This document shows positions 19,726-29,496 of a stretch of 64,000 nucleotides of DNA, in pieces (position 1 is the stretch's first letter; every line of letters starts with the position of its first letter). This DNA comes from a virus. Lineage: Duplodnaviria > Heunggongvirae > Uroviricota > Caudoviricetes. The position numbers and the translations under genes were made by a program. The stretch is from IMG/VR virus record IMGVR_UViG_3300006226_001702, positions 11,064-75,063 of that record; one strand, given 5' to 3'. The notes under the pieces are model-generated. The model worked only from the letters and a program-made list of their open reading frames with translations, did no database searches and was not told the origin of the DNA.

Positions 19726-21802
19726 AATCTAAAAATATGTCCTCTTCAGTAAATTCTTTTCCCTTGATAACAAGTTCTTTTTCATCATCAACTAATCCTA
19801 ATCTCTTAATCTTTATTTTCTGCTCTTCACCAAAGATAATCTTTTTTCCATTATCATCTTCAATTTCAATAACTTGCATATGAATTGGTGCACAGAATAC
19901 TCCATGAGTTGTCATTGAGTGAGCATCTTGACAACCATCGGGTCCATAAATATCATAAGCAATTTTATCAACACCATTTGGGTTTATTCCACAATCACAA
20001 AAAGCTAAGATTAACTGAAGTGACCTAAAGTCGGCATTGACTAATAGCCAATCAGATTTAGATTCTCCGACTAAATCATCTTCAATTACATTTGGTGGAA
20101 CTGTGAATAATCTTTTTATGTATGGAGCAATTTCACCACGAGATGGAATCTGTTGGAAGTTTGGATCATTCATTGCATGTCTAAATGATTCAGTACCGAA
20201 TGTGTTACAGTTTGGATGAATTCTCCAAGTTCCATCTGGATGTTCGAATAACCATTTTTTCCAACCTTCAATAAATGTTCCTAATGCTACATTATATGAA
20301 CGAAGTTTCTTTAACTCTTTTATTCCAGGTTTATTTAATAATTCATATTCAGTTAAAACGTCATCAGATGTTTTATAGCCTCCATCTTTTGCTTCGGCTA
20401 TTTTTTCCCAACCCATATCCTTAAATAATTGTCCAAGTTTTTTAGTTGATTCAAACTCAAAAGTTTCTTGAACACCCCATTCAACTGCTAATTTCTTTTT
20501 TAAGTCAACTATTTTTTCTTTAATTGCTTTTTCAGAGATATCAAATTGGTCTTTATTTACATAAACACCTTTATATTCAACATCAGTTACAACATTAGCA
20601 TTTGGAATCATTACTTCTTTATAGAATTTTTTAATTGTCCAAGTTGGGTCTTTTTCATTTGGATATTTTTTATCTAATTTTTCTACATGTTTATCTAAAG
20701 CCTTTTGTAATCTCCAAGTTACTATTGGGTCAAGGCCTGCATATTTATGTAAAATATCTTTTGGAATTTGTAGATAATTTTCGACTTTTAATCTCTTTTT
20801 TGCTAAATCTAATTCATGTTCATAACCAGTAAACTTTCCACAATAAAATATTGCACCAGATTTTAAGCTCTTCGAACGATTTGAATTAAGAGCATGAGAT
20901 AATAAAACTGTGTCATCAGTTGGTAACCAGCCAGTTACACCATTTCTCCAAATAAACTTTGTATCAAATTTTGCATTTGCTAAAGTCAATCTTTTTGCTG
21001 ACATTAAAACTTTTTTTAATAATCTTTTATCAACATTTTCCCAATCAAAAACATACCCAGTTTCACCATCATTAGATAAACTTAAAACACCAAGTCTATC
21101 TTTTAAGAATGATAATCCACTCGTTTCAGTATCTGCTGCTAATAAAACAGAGTTCTCTAAAAGTTTTAGATATCTTGATGAATCTTGTTTATCCTCAGCA
21201 TAAATTATTTTATAATCTCTCATGTCAAGATTTTTAGTTGACATATCATCTTTTTGAATACGAGCTAATTTGTCATAAAAAAATCTAGTGAGAAAATTAG
21301 TTGGGTCATTACTTAAATCAATTGGGTATAAATCTCTAATTGGAGCAACTGGATAAACCCATCTGTCTGGGCCATTAATGAATTCTTTTCCACACCAATA
21401 TCTTGGTTCATTAAAAACATCATCTAAAAAATCATAATAATTTACATCACCAGATTTATTTAAGACACGAAGTGCTGGGCCGAATGCAATTACACACTCA
21501 CATTCAGTTCCATCAAATGTTAGATATTGTCGCCAATTACTTTCTAAAGATAAGAGTTCTTCTGTTGAATCATTTTTTGGATCTTTTACTGATATTACAG
21601 AAACGATGTTATATGATTTGATGCCATATCTATCAATATCTTTACAAAGAATGTCAAGATAAACTTTATGTAGAATATTATCAACCAAGAATAAAAAATA
21701 TTTATGTCCTGGTTGATAATTTTCTTTTAATAAAGCATCAAATTTCTCTAAGTTTTGTTTTGGTCTTTCGCTTGCACGAACATTACCGAATTGAAATGCC
21801 AT
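19718..21802 (-). CDS. DNA polymerase I family, N-terminal fragment (3'-5' exonuclease + motif A)
   Basis: Exo I motif LLAADTETSGL; PolA motif A analogue NADFRSLQL (cf. DYSQIELR / T7 DASGLELR). Confidence 0.7.
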   Translation of the reverse strand: MAFQFGNVRASERPKQNLEKFDALLKENYQPGHKYFLFLVDNILHKVYLDILCKDIDRYGIKSYNIVSVISVKDPKNDSTEELLSLESNWRQYLTFDGTECECVIAFGPALRVLNKSGDVNYYDFLDDVFNEPRYWCGKEFINGPDRWVYPVAPIRDLYPIDLSNDPTNFLTRFFYDKLARIQKDDMSTKNLDMRDYKIIYAEDKQDSSRYLKLLENSVLLAADTETSGLSFLKDRLGVLSLSNDGETGYVFDWENVDKRLLKKVLMSAKRLTLANAKFDTKFIWRNGVTGWLPTDDTVLLSHALNSNRSKSLKSGAIFYCGKFTGYEHELDLAKKRLKVENYLQIPKDILHKYAGLDPIVTWRLQKALDKHVEKLDKKYPNEKDPTWTIKKFYKEVMIPNANVVTDVEYKGVYVNKDQFDISEKAIKEKIVDLKKKLAVEWGVQETFEFESTKKLGQLFKDMGWEKIAEAKDGGYKTSDDVLTEYELLNKPGIKELKKLRSYNVALGTFIEGWKKWLFEHPDGTWRIHPNCNTFGTESFRHAMNDPNFQQIPSRGEIAPYIKRLFTVPPNVIEDDLVGESKSDWLLVNADFRSLQLILAFCDCGINPNGVDKIAYDIYGPDGCQDAHSMTTHGVFCAPIHMQVIEIEDDNGKKIIFGEEQKIKIKRLGLVDDEKELVIKGKEFTEEDIFLDYV

Positions 21803-21811
21803 AATATGATA

Positions 21812-22492
21812 TTAACTGTCTTCTTCAATCTCAGTTATAGTCAGTATCTCTTTTGCACTTTTTTTCAATGGTAATATGATTCTTAGAATTCCCCTATGTA
21901 ATTCAGTTTTCATCTTTAATTTGTCATACATATCAAAATCAATAAAGAATTCTGCCTTAATTTCGTTTTTGATTCCATAACAAAGAAATTCAAAATCATC
22001 ACCAATTAAGTCATCTTCATCATCAATTTTTGCTGATAATAATAACTTATTATCTTCAGTACTTAATTTGATTTCTTCTTTTGAAAATCCCGCACAACAA
22101 ATCTCATATATCAAATTATCTTTATAATCTTTTTTGATATTGTAAGGAATTTTTGTATCAACTATTTCCTTATCAACTTTGTTTGGAAGATTTTTGATTA
22201 ACTCTCGATAATTCTTTAAGTCATCTAATTCAAGTGGCTTGTACTCATAATGACCTTTTTGCCAGCCACCTGTGTAATCATTGATATTTGGTTCAATATG
22301 CTGTGGTGTGTATGGAGCAATCCAAACTGGTTTTCCGACTTGGTAATCACCTGTTGTAAAACTTGGGTTATAGACATATTCATTTACTGCACTGTCTCCA
22401 GTGTTTGAATGATAAGTAACTTTTACAGATGAATTGACTTGTGTGTTGTGAGAAGTCCCGACTAATGCTTGAAATTTTTCTTTAGCATTCAT
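21812..22492 (-). CDS. Hsp20/alpha-crystallin family small heat-shock protein
   Basis: C-terminal AGFSKEEIKLSTEDNKLLLSAK...FxxxFxLP..IxxxxxxAxxxNGILRIILPLKK pattern; start moved to MNAKEKF, which has an AAGGAGG RBS. Confidence 0.6.
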   Translation of the reverse strand: MNAKEKFQALVGTSHNTQVNSSVKVTYHSNTGDSAVNEYVYNPSFTTGDYQVGKPVWIAPYTPQHIEPNINDYTGGWQKGHYEYKPLELDDLKNYRELIKNLPNKVDKEIVDTKIPYNIKKDYKDNLIYEICCAGFSKEEIKLSTEDNKLLLSAKIDDEDDLIGDDFEFLCYGIKNEIKAEFFIDFDMYDKLKMKTELHRGILRIILPLKKSAKEILTITEIEEDS

Positions 22493-22713
22493 AACGCAAT
22501 GCCTCCTTATATGTTTGAGTCCAGTTACGCAACTCATAATATTTAGTTAAAAAATGGGACTCCAGGTCTATATTCCGCCTCCTGAAGTTATCCCCGGACT
22601 GTTTTCCGCATCCGTTTTTAAATTCCTTACTAATTGAGCTCCCCCAAACTTTCAGGATAATTTTAGATTAACTTAAAAAAGAATTGGCATATTCTCATGA
22701 CAGATTGCTTGGA

Positions 22714-23400
22714 CTATTCATATATGTGAATTCCACCTCTATTATATAAATAAGTTCTTGATTTACAACCAATTTCTTTTAACGCTAATGTTACATTATT
22801 ATATAAAACACCATCAAATAAAAATTTTGATACCTTTTTTCTTGGTCTTAAAATTCCTTTTTGTGAACTAACATTAGTTCTTCCTCTTTTATAATTTTCA
22901 CCAGGACAATCATTTGACCATGTATCAATTTCTCCATTAGTCCACCAATGATAATTTTTATCTTTTAATGTTTCTTTTCTTTTTTTAATAGATTCATCTG
23001 TAATAATTCTATTTTTCATATAAGCCGATGCACCTGGATTAGGTTTTCCTTTATTAGGAGGTTTTCTTCCTTTATTTAATTCACTCATATATTCACTATG
23101 TTTTTCTCTTAATTCAGCATATTCATCATGACTTAATATAGTATTATTTTGTTTATCATAAATAAGTCTATTATAAGCACACCACATTCCCTTTCCATAA
23201 ATATAAGCTAATAATTTATGAGCATCAACATGCTCCTTTGCTGTTAATAAAACTATATTACTTTTTCTTTTTTCCCATAATGGAAATAAAGCCTTCGGTA
23301 AAATATGATGTTTTTCATAATAGATATTATCATTCTTTTTTCTATTTTCTAATAAAGCCTTTTTAATTATTTTTATATAATCTTGTTTAATACTTTTCAT
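22714..23400 (-). CDS. HNH homing endonuclease
   Basis: YYEKHHILPKALFP...NIVLLTAKEHVDAH (HH..P...N...H HNH core); very AT-rich gene next to thyX. Confidence 0.65.
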   Translation of the reverse strand: MKSIKQDYIKIIKKALLENRKKNDNIYYEKHHILPKALFPLWEKRKSNIVLLTAKEHVDAHKLLAYIYGKGMWCAYNRLIYDKQNNTILSHDEYAELREKHSEYMSELNKGRKPPNKGKPNPGASAYMKNRIITDESIKKRKETLKDKNYHWWTNGEIDTWSNDCPGENYKRGRTNVSSQKGILRPRKKVSKFLFDGVLYNNVTLALKEIGCKSRTYLYNRGGIHIYE

Positions 23401-23428
23401 AAATAATTAGTTATTACTTCATAACTAT

Positions 23429-24079
23429 TTATGTTTTTAATCTTTCAAAATTTAATGTAAAAATTTGCGGAAGATTTTCATGACATACATCATATATTTT
23501 TTCCATAACACTTCTAATATCAGGATGAGCTGCCTTAGATAATCTTAATTTTAATATATGTAATAATTCTCTAAAATTTGTTTTCATTACTATCTCTGTT
23601 TTGAGACTATTTGGGAGAACAGCTCTTGCTTGCTGCGGTGTGCACTGTTCATCTAACAATTTCAAATAAGCAGCTTCAGCTTTTTCCATTGCATATTTCC
23701 AATTATTTTCAGCAGCACTTCCTTCATAACCTAACACTTCAGATGGCTTAATTACAGTTATCTCATTATTGAACTTATCTTTGCCATAATTGCAATAGCG
23801 AGTTGATTCTTGCGCATAAGATGCAAGACGGTGTCTCACAAGTTCATGAGTGACACCTCTGTCAGTTATTATCTTGCAAATAAAATTACCAAACTCAATC
23901 ATAGCTCCATGCTCTTTTTCTTTGAGCATTTTAACCATCTTTTCCCAACTGTTATGTGTTATCTTATCTTCTGACTTGTAACAAGTTCGTGCTGCTAATT
24001 CAATTAGCCTCGCTTCTTTTATCCACTCTTCACTTGTTCGAGGGTAAATCATTTCAATTGAATTTTCAATTATCTTCAT
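23429..24079 (-). CDS. thyX: flavin-dependent thymidylate synthase
   Basis: Exact ThyX signature RHRx7S: LVRHRLASYAQESTRY. Confidence 0.8.
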   Translation of the reverse strand: MKIIENSIEMIYPRTSEEWIKEARLIELAARTCYKSEDKITHNSWEKMVKMLKEKEHGAMIEFGNFICKIITDRGVTHELVRHRLASYAQESTRYCNYGKDKFNNEITVIKPSEVLGYEGSAAENNWKYAMEKAEAAYLKLLDEQCTPQQARAVLPNSLKTEIVMKTNFRELLHILKLRLSKAAHPDIRSVMEKIYDVCHENLPQIFTLNFERLKT

Positions 24080-24087
24080 CGTTTCTC

Positions 24088-24324
24088 CTACAGATTCATC
24101 TTAAATATTCTACCACCAGGTTGTGGTCCTCTTTGTTGTTGCTGTTGTTGCATTCTTTCCATTCTCATTCTATCTTCTTGAGTCAAACTAACCCCAGCGG
24201 GACAACCACATTTGGTACATGCGTTTGGTGGCCCATTAGCCGAGGGATTTGCAATCATTAAAGTTTGGCACTCATCACATCTATATACTGATAATGCTAT
24301 TTGTCTAGTTATCATAATTTTCAA
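24088..24324 (-). CDS. small zinc-ribbon protein with poly-Q
   Basis: CDECQ...CTKCGC plus QQQQQQ tract. Confidence 0.4.
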   Translation of the reverse strand: MKIMITRQIALSVYRCDECQTLMIANPSANGPPNACTKCGCPAGVSLTQEDRMRMERMQQQQQQRGPQPGGRIFKMNL

Positions 24325-24661
24325 AATTGAGGGCTACTTTTGGTTTCATAGCCCTCGTACTCCTTTTTCATAGAGCACCGATGCGACAATTTATAGAGCG
24401 ATGGCACCTACCGCTTATACTCTCTACGCTTTTGACAGACTATAGAGAGTCAAAATCTACAACCTTTTAGCTTTAAACCTCTAGTTGTCAAGAGGTTGTT
24501 TTGCTTTTAATTCATTCAATAAGTTCGTTATACCATTATGATAGATAGCAACAATTTCTTCGTAAGTTTTTAAGTCATCATCATATTCTTCTTTTGCAAT
24601 AAACTCTTCCACACTGTCCATTAAATTGTTTAATCTTTCAATAATTACTCTTTTAGTCATT

Positions 24662-25036
24662 TTAGCAATCTCTTGTACCAGTTATAATCTCAATTGCAGG
24701 TGGATCATAACCAGTTATTTCCATTACCTTTTGAAGTGCTTCTGAACAACCAATGTCTTGTAGATCCGTATGGGTGAACTCTAAAAAGTCATCTCCTTCA
24801 GTAATGCATTCCCCCACGACATATAGATTATTTTCATAATCTTCCCAAACCCATATCTCATCATGAATCTTTTCTAAGAGTTCATAAAAATCAAAATCTT
24901 CATCATCAAATTCAATATTATTGTCTTTCGCATATTTCTTGAATTTGTCTAAATCATCACCTTTTCCAATTCTAAATCCTGCAACTACAAATGATGAAGT
25001 TGAACTATTGCTGACAAATCCATGTCTGATTTTCAT
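24662..25036 (-). CDS. MKIRxGFVSNSSSSSF-family protein (member 1, acidic)
   Basis: N-terminus MKIRHGFVSNSSTSSFVVAG, then divergent acidic body. Confidence 0.6.
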   Translation of the reverse strand: MKIRHGFVSNSSTSSFVVAGFRIGKGDDLDKFKKYAKDNNIEFDDEDFDFYELLEKIHDEIWVWEDYENNLYVVGECITEGDDFLEFTHTDLQDIGCSEALQKVMEITGYDPPAIEIITGTRDC

Positions 25037-25045
25037 TATATACTC

Positions 25046-26224
25046 CTAAGTGTTAACTATTTTTGCTAAAATTATATCAGCAATTTTATTTGATATTTTA
25101 ATTGCTAATCCATTTGTATCATTTACATCTGCTGAAGAATATTGAAGTTTAAAAGTTGGTTCATTCATTAAAATGTTTTCCAAAAACTTAAAATGTAAAG
25201 TTGGAATCATAAACTCGAAATCTTCAGTTGTGTCAGTTGCCGTTTTAATATCTACTGAAAGTGTATTAAACATTTCAGTTGACATATTGTCATAATGAAG
25301 TTTTAATTCTTTCTTATTTGCAAAATCAGTTGGTGTGTTAACTTTTATTTGTCCATATCTCCAAGTTCCAGACTCAAAAATATTGTCAAATTTCCCAATA
25401 GCTTCATAAAACTTTTCACTATCTATTTCTAATTCTAAAATCTTATTTGCATCTGGAACTATATCTTTTAATTCGTCATCAGTTGGATAACTCCAATTAA
25501 ATGATTTTGGTGCGAATATGATTTTAATTCCATATTTGTCAATATCAAAATAATAGTACTTTTTATCAGAAGAAATCTTAAATGTATCAACATGACGGAA
25601 AAGTGGCATTATATCTCTGTCAATTAAGATTTCATTTTCTGAAGATATCTGTTTAGTTGATTTATAGTTTATGATACAAAGAATATCAGCTGTTTTGATA
25701 CTGTTTTTATTAAGAAGAATTTCGTGATTAGTATCTTGAAACTTAGTTAAATTACCAAGTTCAACCATTACATCTTTTAAAGTTAAATCAACTTCAATTG
25801 GATTTTCAAACTCTGGTTGGCCCAAAACATCAGACACATAATCAGTCAATTCTTTAATAGCAACATCATTTATATCTGAAGTTATTATTGCTTGATTTAT
25901 AGTTGCATCTTTCGCATCACCATTTATTTTAAGTTTATCATTATTTAATTGAACTTTGATAACATCACTTTTAATCTTTTCGAGATAATTTATGAATTGC
26001 GTTAGTTGCATTTCAAATACATTCTTTCCAATTTTTCCAGTTTTAATATCAAAAGATGATTCAACATGGGAAGTTGTTGATGTACCATAAATGTTGAGCT
26101 TATCTTTATTTACGATAAAAATCTGTTTTCCACTAATTGGTGAAAAACCCTCGACCTTCTTTATATAATCAGATAACATTTTTAATCTGGATATTTGGTC
26201 TTTGTTGATTTCAAAATCAGTCAT
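25046..26224 (-). CDS. hypothetical protein, possibly a three-domain sliding-clamp-like processivity factor
   Basis: 392 aa (DnaN-like size), weak N-terminal similarity pattern to beta clamps; no decisive motif. Confidence 0.3.
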   Translation of the reverse strand: MTDFEINKDQISRLKMLSDYIKKVEGFSPISGKQIFIVNKDKLNIYGTSTTSHVESSFDIKTGKIGKNVFEMQLTQFINYLEKIKSDVIKVQLNNDKLKINGDAKDATINQAIITSDINDVAIKELTDYVSDVLGQPEFENPIEVDLTLKDVMVELGNLTKFQDTNHEILLNKNSIKTADILCIINYKSTKQISSENEILIDRDIMPLFRHVDTFKISSDKKYYYFDIDKYGIKIIFAPKSFNWSYPTDDELKDIVPDANKILELEIDSEKFYEAIGKFDNIFESGTWRYGQIKVNTPTDFANKKELKLHYDNMSTEMFNTLSVDIKTATDTTEDFEFMIPTLHFKFLENILMNEPTFKLQYSSADVNDTNGLAIKISNKIADIILAKIVNT

Positions 26225-26247
26225 ATTTTATACCTCTAGTTTTTAGA

Positions 26248-26502
26248 TTAACTAAGTGTTGCTAAAACAGCTCCAAGACTGTCTATTGGACATACGTCCC
26301 GTTTTCCATTTTGGTTTATATCAATCGTTTCTAAGATTACAGTGTCAGGAGTTTCTCTATAATCATATTCAATGAGAATAGCATTTGAACCAATAGCCCC
26401 TCTAACTTTAGAAAAGCCCTCCTCTGGAAAATCTGTAGCTTCGCTAAGCGCAAAACTATCAGGTAATGCATTTGCTAATTTTAGTCTTAATTCTTCTGGC
26501 AT
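26248..26502 (-). CDS. hypothetical protein
   Basis: 84-aa ORF. Confidence 0.4.
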   Translation of the reverse strand: MPEELRLKLANALPDSFALSEATDFPEEGFSKVRGAIGSNAILIEYDYRETPDTVILETIDINQNGKRDVCPIDSLGAVLATLS

Positions 26503-26544
26503 CTTTATTCCTTATTGTTGTTATATTAACTTCTACTAATTATT

Positions 26545-26787
26545 ATGAATAACATATATAAGGGGATTCCCGCAGTAAATCTAAATTCAGATGGCACTAT
26601 TGATGTTGGCTATGAAATCTACGCAAGAAGAATGAAAGAAGCCTATAATGAACATGTCATTGATAATATGAACATATACGACCATAACTATCATCAATAT
26701 TATAAGCATCACGAAAAACCTGGAGTTACAAGCTCTCCTGGTGCTATTCCAACTACTAGAAGTTCAACTGAGGTTGATGGTGACTAG
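26545..26787 (+). CDS. hypothetical protein
   Basis: 80-aa ORF with ACTAATTATTATG start context. Confidence 0.4.
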   Translation: MNNIYKGIPAVNLNSDGTIDVGYEIYARRMKEAYNEHVIDNMNIYDHNYHQYYKHHEKPGVTSSPGAIPTTRSSTEVDGD

Positions 26788-27103
26788 TAGATATGATTTG
26801 ATGCAAGAATCTCTCGTTCTTGATGAAGACGGACAAAAATGGCCTGACCCATTACTTGACTTTAATACAGGCTCAATGTCTAAAATTCCAACTGAATATC
26901 AAATTACTAATAGAGATTTGCAGCGTTTCTGGGTTTGTATGTATGAACAATATGGAATGACTGAATTAGATGATATGTGGCTTAACATAAATGGAATCAA
27001 ATATCTAATGGATCTCAAACCTGGAGATATCCTATATAAAGTCTCTCAAAATGAATTAACAAGTTTCTTATCTAATAAGCAAATTGGATATGAAGACGAT
27101 TAA
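26741..27103 (+). CDS. hypothetical protein
   Basis: 120-aa ORF; true start may be the internal Met after the upstream stop. Confidence 0.4.
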   Translation: MLFQLLEVQLRLMVTSRYDLMQESLVLDEDGQKWPDPLLDFNTGSMSKIPTEYQITNRDLQRFWVCMYEQYGMTELDDMWLNINGIKYLMDLKPGDILYKVSQNELTSFLSNKQIGYEDD

Positions 27104-27116
27104 TTTGGATTAGATT

Positions 27117-27539
27117 TTAATTTCCAATTTCATCTAATATGTGCTTGAACTCTTTTTCTAAATGCTGTTCCATATAACGATAATATCTCAATGAAGGTGT
27201 TTTAGTTCTTGAAGAAACACCACTTCCATTTCCTGCGCCATATCCAGTTTCAGTTTGAAGATACCATTGCTGTTTCTGTGAAACTCCATGTCCTTGGTCA
27301 TAACCACCAGTGTAATAAGCCCAATTATTTATGACTCTTTTTCCACCAGGACCTTCAAATACTAAATCAAAGCCATGGCCTGGTCTTTCGTCTTTATTTC
27401 GTCGGCAGTATGCTTTAACACCACGGGCTAATTTAACGCCATCATTTTTAACAGCATCTGGATTTGGTGGGTGCCTCATACATTTTGGCATCCCGGCTTC
27501 ATTTAATTTGTAAATATCTTCAAAGGATTTTATTCTCAT
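27117..27539 (-). CDS. hypothetical protein (N-terminal IKSFEDIY motif)
   Basis: 140-aa ORF, Gly-rich. Confidence 0.45.
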   Translation of the reverse strand: MRIKSFEDIYKLNEAGMPKCMRHPPNPDAVKNDGVKLARGVKAYCRRNKDERPGHGFDLVFEGPGGKRVINNWAYYTGGYDQGHGVSQKQQWYLQTETGYGAGNGSGVSSRTKTPSLRYYRYMEQHLEKEFKHILDEIGN

Positions 27540-28117
27540 TTTCTAGTCCTAAATTTTCCTAATGATGTTGTTTCTAATATTTCACATTGAACACTATCCA
27601 TTCTTTTTCCATATATGCTAACAATATCACCAACTTGAGCTCTTGCAATTTTTGACATTATTTCTTTAGTGGATTCTTGAAAACCTTCATAATCGTCATC
27701 ATCACCAAAAAGGTCACCCTCTTTAATGAGATTAGCAAAATCTAAAATGTTACCAGTAAACTCATAATCATCATCACCTAATTCTATCCAGTCGCCTTCA
27801 CGATACATTAAACTTGGTGGTAATAAACAATTTGGGTCCATAACTCTAATTCTTGCTTCAACATCTCTCATTCTTTGAGGTTTAGATTCTCTTAATGATT
27901 TCTGATAAACTTTTTCAAAGTCCATAGATTCTCCTAAATAGTCTTCACCAAACATTTCTCTACCTTTTGATACACCAGCTTTGAGATACTGTAAAACTCC
28001 AATAAGCTTCATTATATCATCATCAGATAAATCTGGGTCATCTAAAGCATTTTCAATTACATCAAGAGCATCATTTGAATCTTTTGCTAATTTGATATAC
28101 TCTTCTACTGATTTCAT
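27536..28117 (-). CDS. hypothetical acidic protein (MDFEKVYQKSLRE motif)
   Basis: 193-aa ORF, ATGA-coupled. Confidence 0.45.
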   Translation of the reverse strand: MKSVEEYIKLAKDSNDALDVIENALDDPDLSDDDIMKLIGVLQYLKAGVSKGREMFGEDYLGESMDFEKVYQKSLRESKPQRMRDVEARIRVMDPNCLLPPSLMYREGDWIELGDDDYEFTGNILDFANLIKEGDLFGDDDDYEGFQESTKEIMSKIARAQVGDIVSIYGKRMDSVQCEILETTSLGKFRTRK

Positions 28118-29487
28118 TATTTGTTAGCCTTATAGTCATCACATCTACATGGGTCATGTCCACAATCTTCACAATCTTTTCCAGTTGGCTTTTTAGCTTT
28201 TTTCTCTTTTTTGCCAGCTTTGTAATATTCTTCATATTCCTTACATCTACAAGGACTGTGTCCACAATTATCACATTCTTTACTTTCAGTAAGAGGTGCA
28301 GTTGCTACTTGATTGGCTGCCTGATTTGCAACTTTCGCTGCTTTTTTAGCTTCCTTAGCAGCTTCTTTTGCATTTTTTTCTGCAATTAAAGCAAATAATT
28401 TATCGCATGCTTCTTGCCTAGCAACTGGGTCTTTAATTAAACAGAATTGATGAGCTATTCCTTCGTAATCAATATTCTTACGAGGACCGCCTTCTCTTAA
28501 ACTATCATTATATATCTCATTAAAGTTTATGCTTTCATTATATTTTTGCTCATTATCAAAATTAGCTGCATATGTACATTTAATATTTGCACCTGGTCTA
28601 CCACCAATGTATCTTAAAGCTTTTTGTATTTTGTCTTTATTATCTGGGTCTTTTATGTTGCCTGCAAATTCTGGGCCTCTTGTGCTTCCATCAACAAAAA
28701 CTTGGAAAGTGTTTGCTCGCTTAACAGATGCCTTTTTCGGTATAATGTCTTCTTTTAATTGATTTTGATTTATGATTTTTTCTAAGAGTTTATCTTGTTT
28801 TTCAGTAAGTTTACCAACAATTTTTGCGCTGTCTTCACCCTCGCCTGTTGCCTTTGCAAGAAGTCCCAATGCTTTTGAAACTGATGCATCATCAACTGGA
28901 CTAAATGGTGCTGTTAAGTCTCTACCACCAGCCTTTGCTTTGAAAATTCCAAATTCATGAAGTTGTCTCTCACCTAATGGAGTTAAACCTTCTTCAGCAG
29001 CAGCTGCATCCATTTCTGACCAGTCTTCTTCGTCATCATCGTAATATTCAAATTCGGCTTCGTCATCTTCATCATCCCATTCAAAATCACCATCATGACC
29101 ACCAGTTGCAAAATACTCTTCTTCGTCTTCATCAGTTGGGTAATCTCCACCCATTTCATCGAAGTCATCATCGTCATCAAATGGGCCAATTCCTACACCA
29201 TTCTGTCTATCATCGTAAATTTCTGGATATAAGTCAGCATCAGATTCTTCATCATCTTCGTCATCACCATAACCACGATAAGACTGCTCACTCTCATAAG
29301 CTGCTCTTTGGTCTGGGTTCATCCATCCTATATCGCTTGCGTCATAAGACATTTCATCATCATCTTCAAATAATTCAGGTGCATCAAATTCTTTTGCTGC
29401 GGAAGGAACGTCATAAGTTTCTAACTCATCTTCGAAGGTCATATCGTCAAGGGCAGGATCCCAATCTTCTTTTAAAGGTTTCATCAT
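28117..29487 (-). CDS. highly acidic protein with two C-terminal CxxCGHxPCRC repeats
   Basis: N-terminal 170 aa very rich in D/E/Y; C-terminus CDNCGHSPCRC ... CEDCGHDPCRC. Confidence 0.5.
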   Translation of the reverse strand: MMKPLKEDWDPALDDMTFEDELETYDVPSAAKEFDAPELFEDDDEMSYDASDIGWMNPDQRAAYESEQSYRGYGDDEDDEESDADLYPEIYDDRQNGVGIGPFDDDDDFDEMGGDYPTDEDEEEYFATGGHDGDFEWDDEDDEAEFEYYDDDEEDWSEMDAAAAEEGLTPLGERQLHEFGIFKAKAGGRDLTAPFSPVDDASVSKALGLLAKATGEGEDSAKIVGKLTEKQDKLLEKIINQNQLKEDIIPKKASVKRANTFQVFVDGSTRGPEFAGNIKDPDNKDKIQKALRYIGGRPGANIKCTYAANFDNEQKYNESINFNEIYNDSLREGGPRKNIDYEGIAHQFCLIKDPVARQEACDKLFALIAEKNAKEAAKEAKKAAKVANQAANQVATAPLTESKECDNCGHSPCRCKEYEEYYKAGKKEKKAKKPTGKDCEDCGHDPCRCDDYKANK

Positions 29488-29496
29488 ATTATTTAG

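Noticed and set aside
23429-24079. Group I intron interrupting thyX (expected from the adjacent HNH gene)
   Set aside because: The ThyX ORF is full length with an intact RHRx7S motif and typical C-terminus, so the HNH is treated as freestanding
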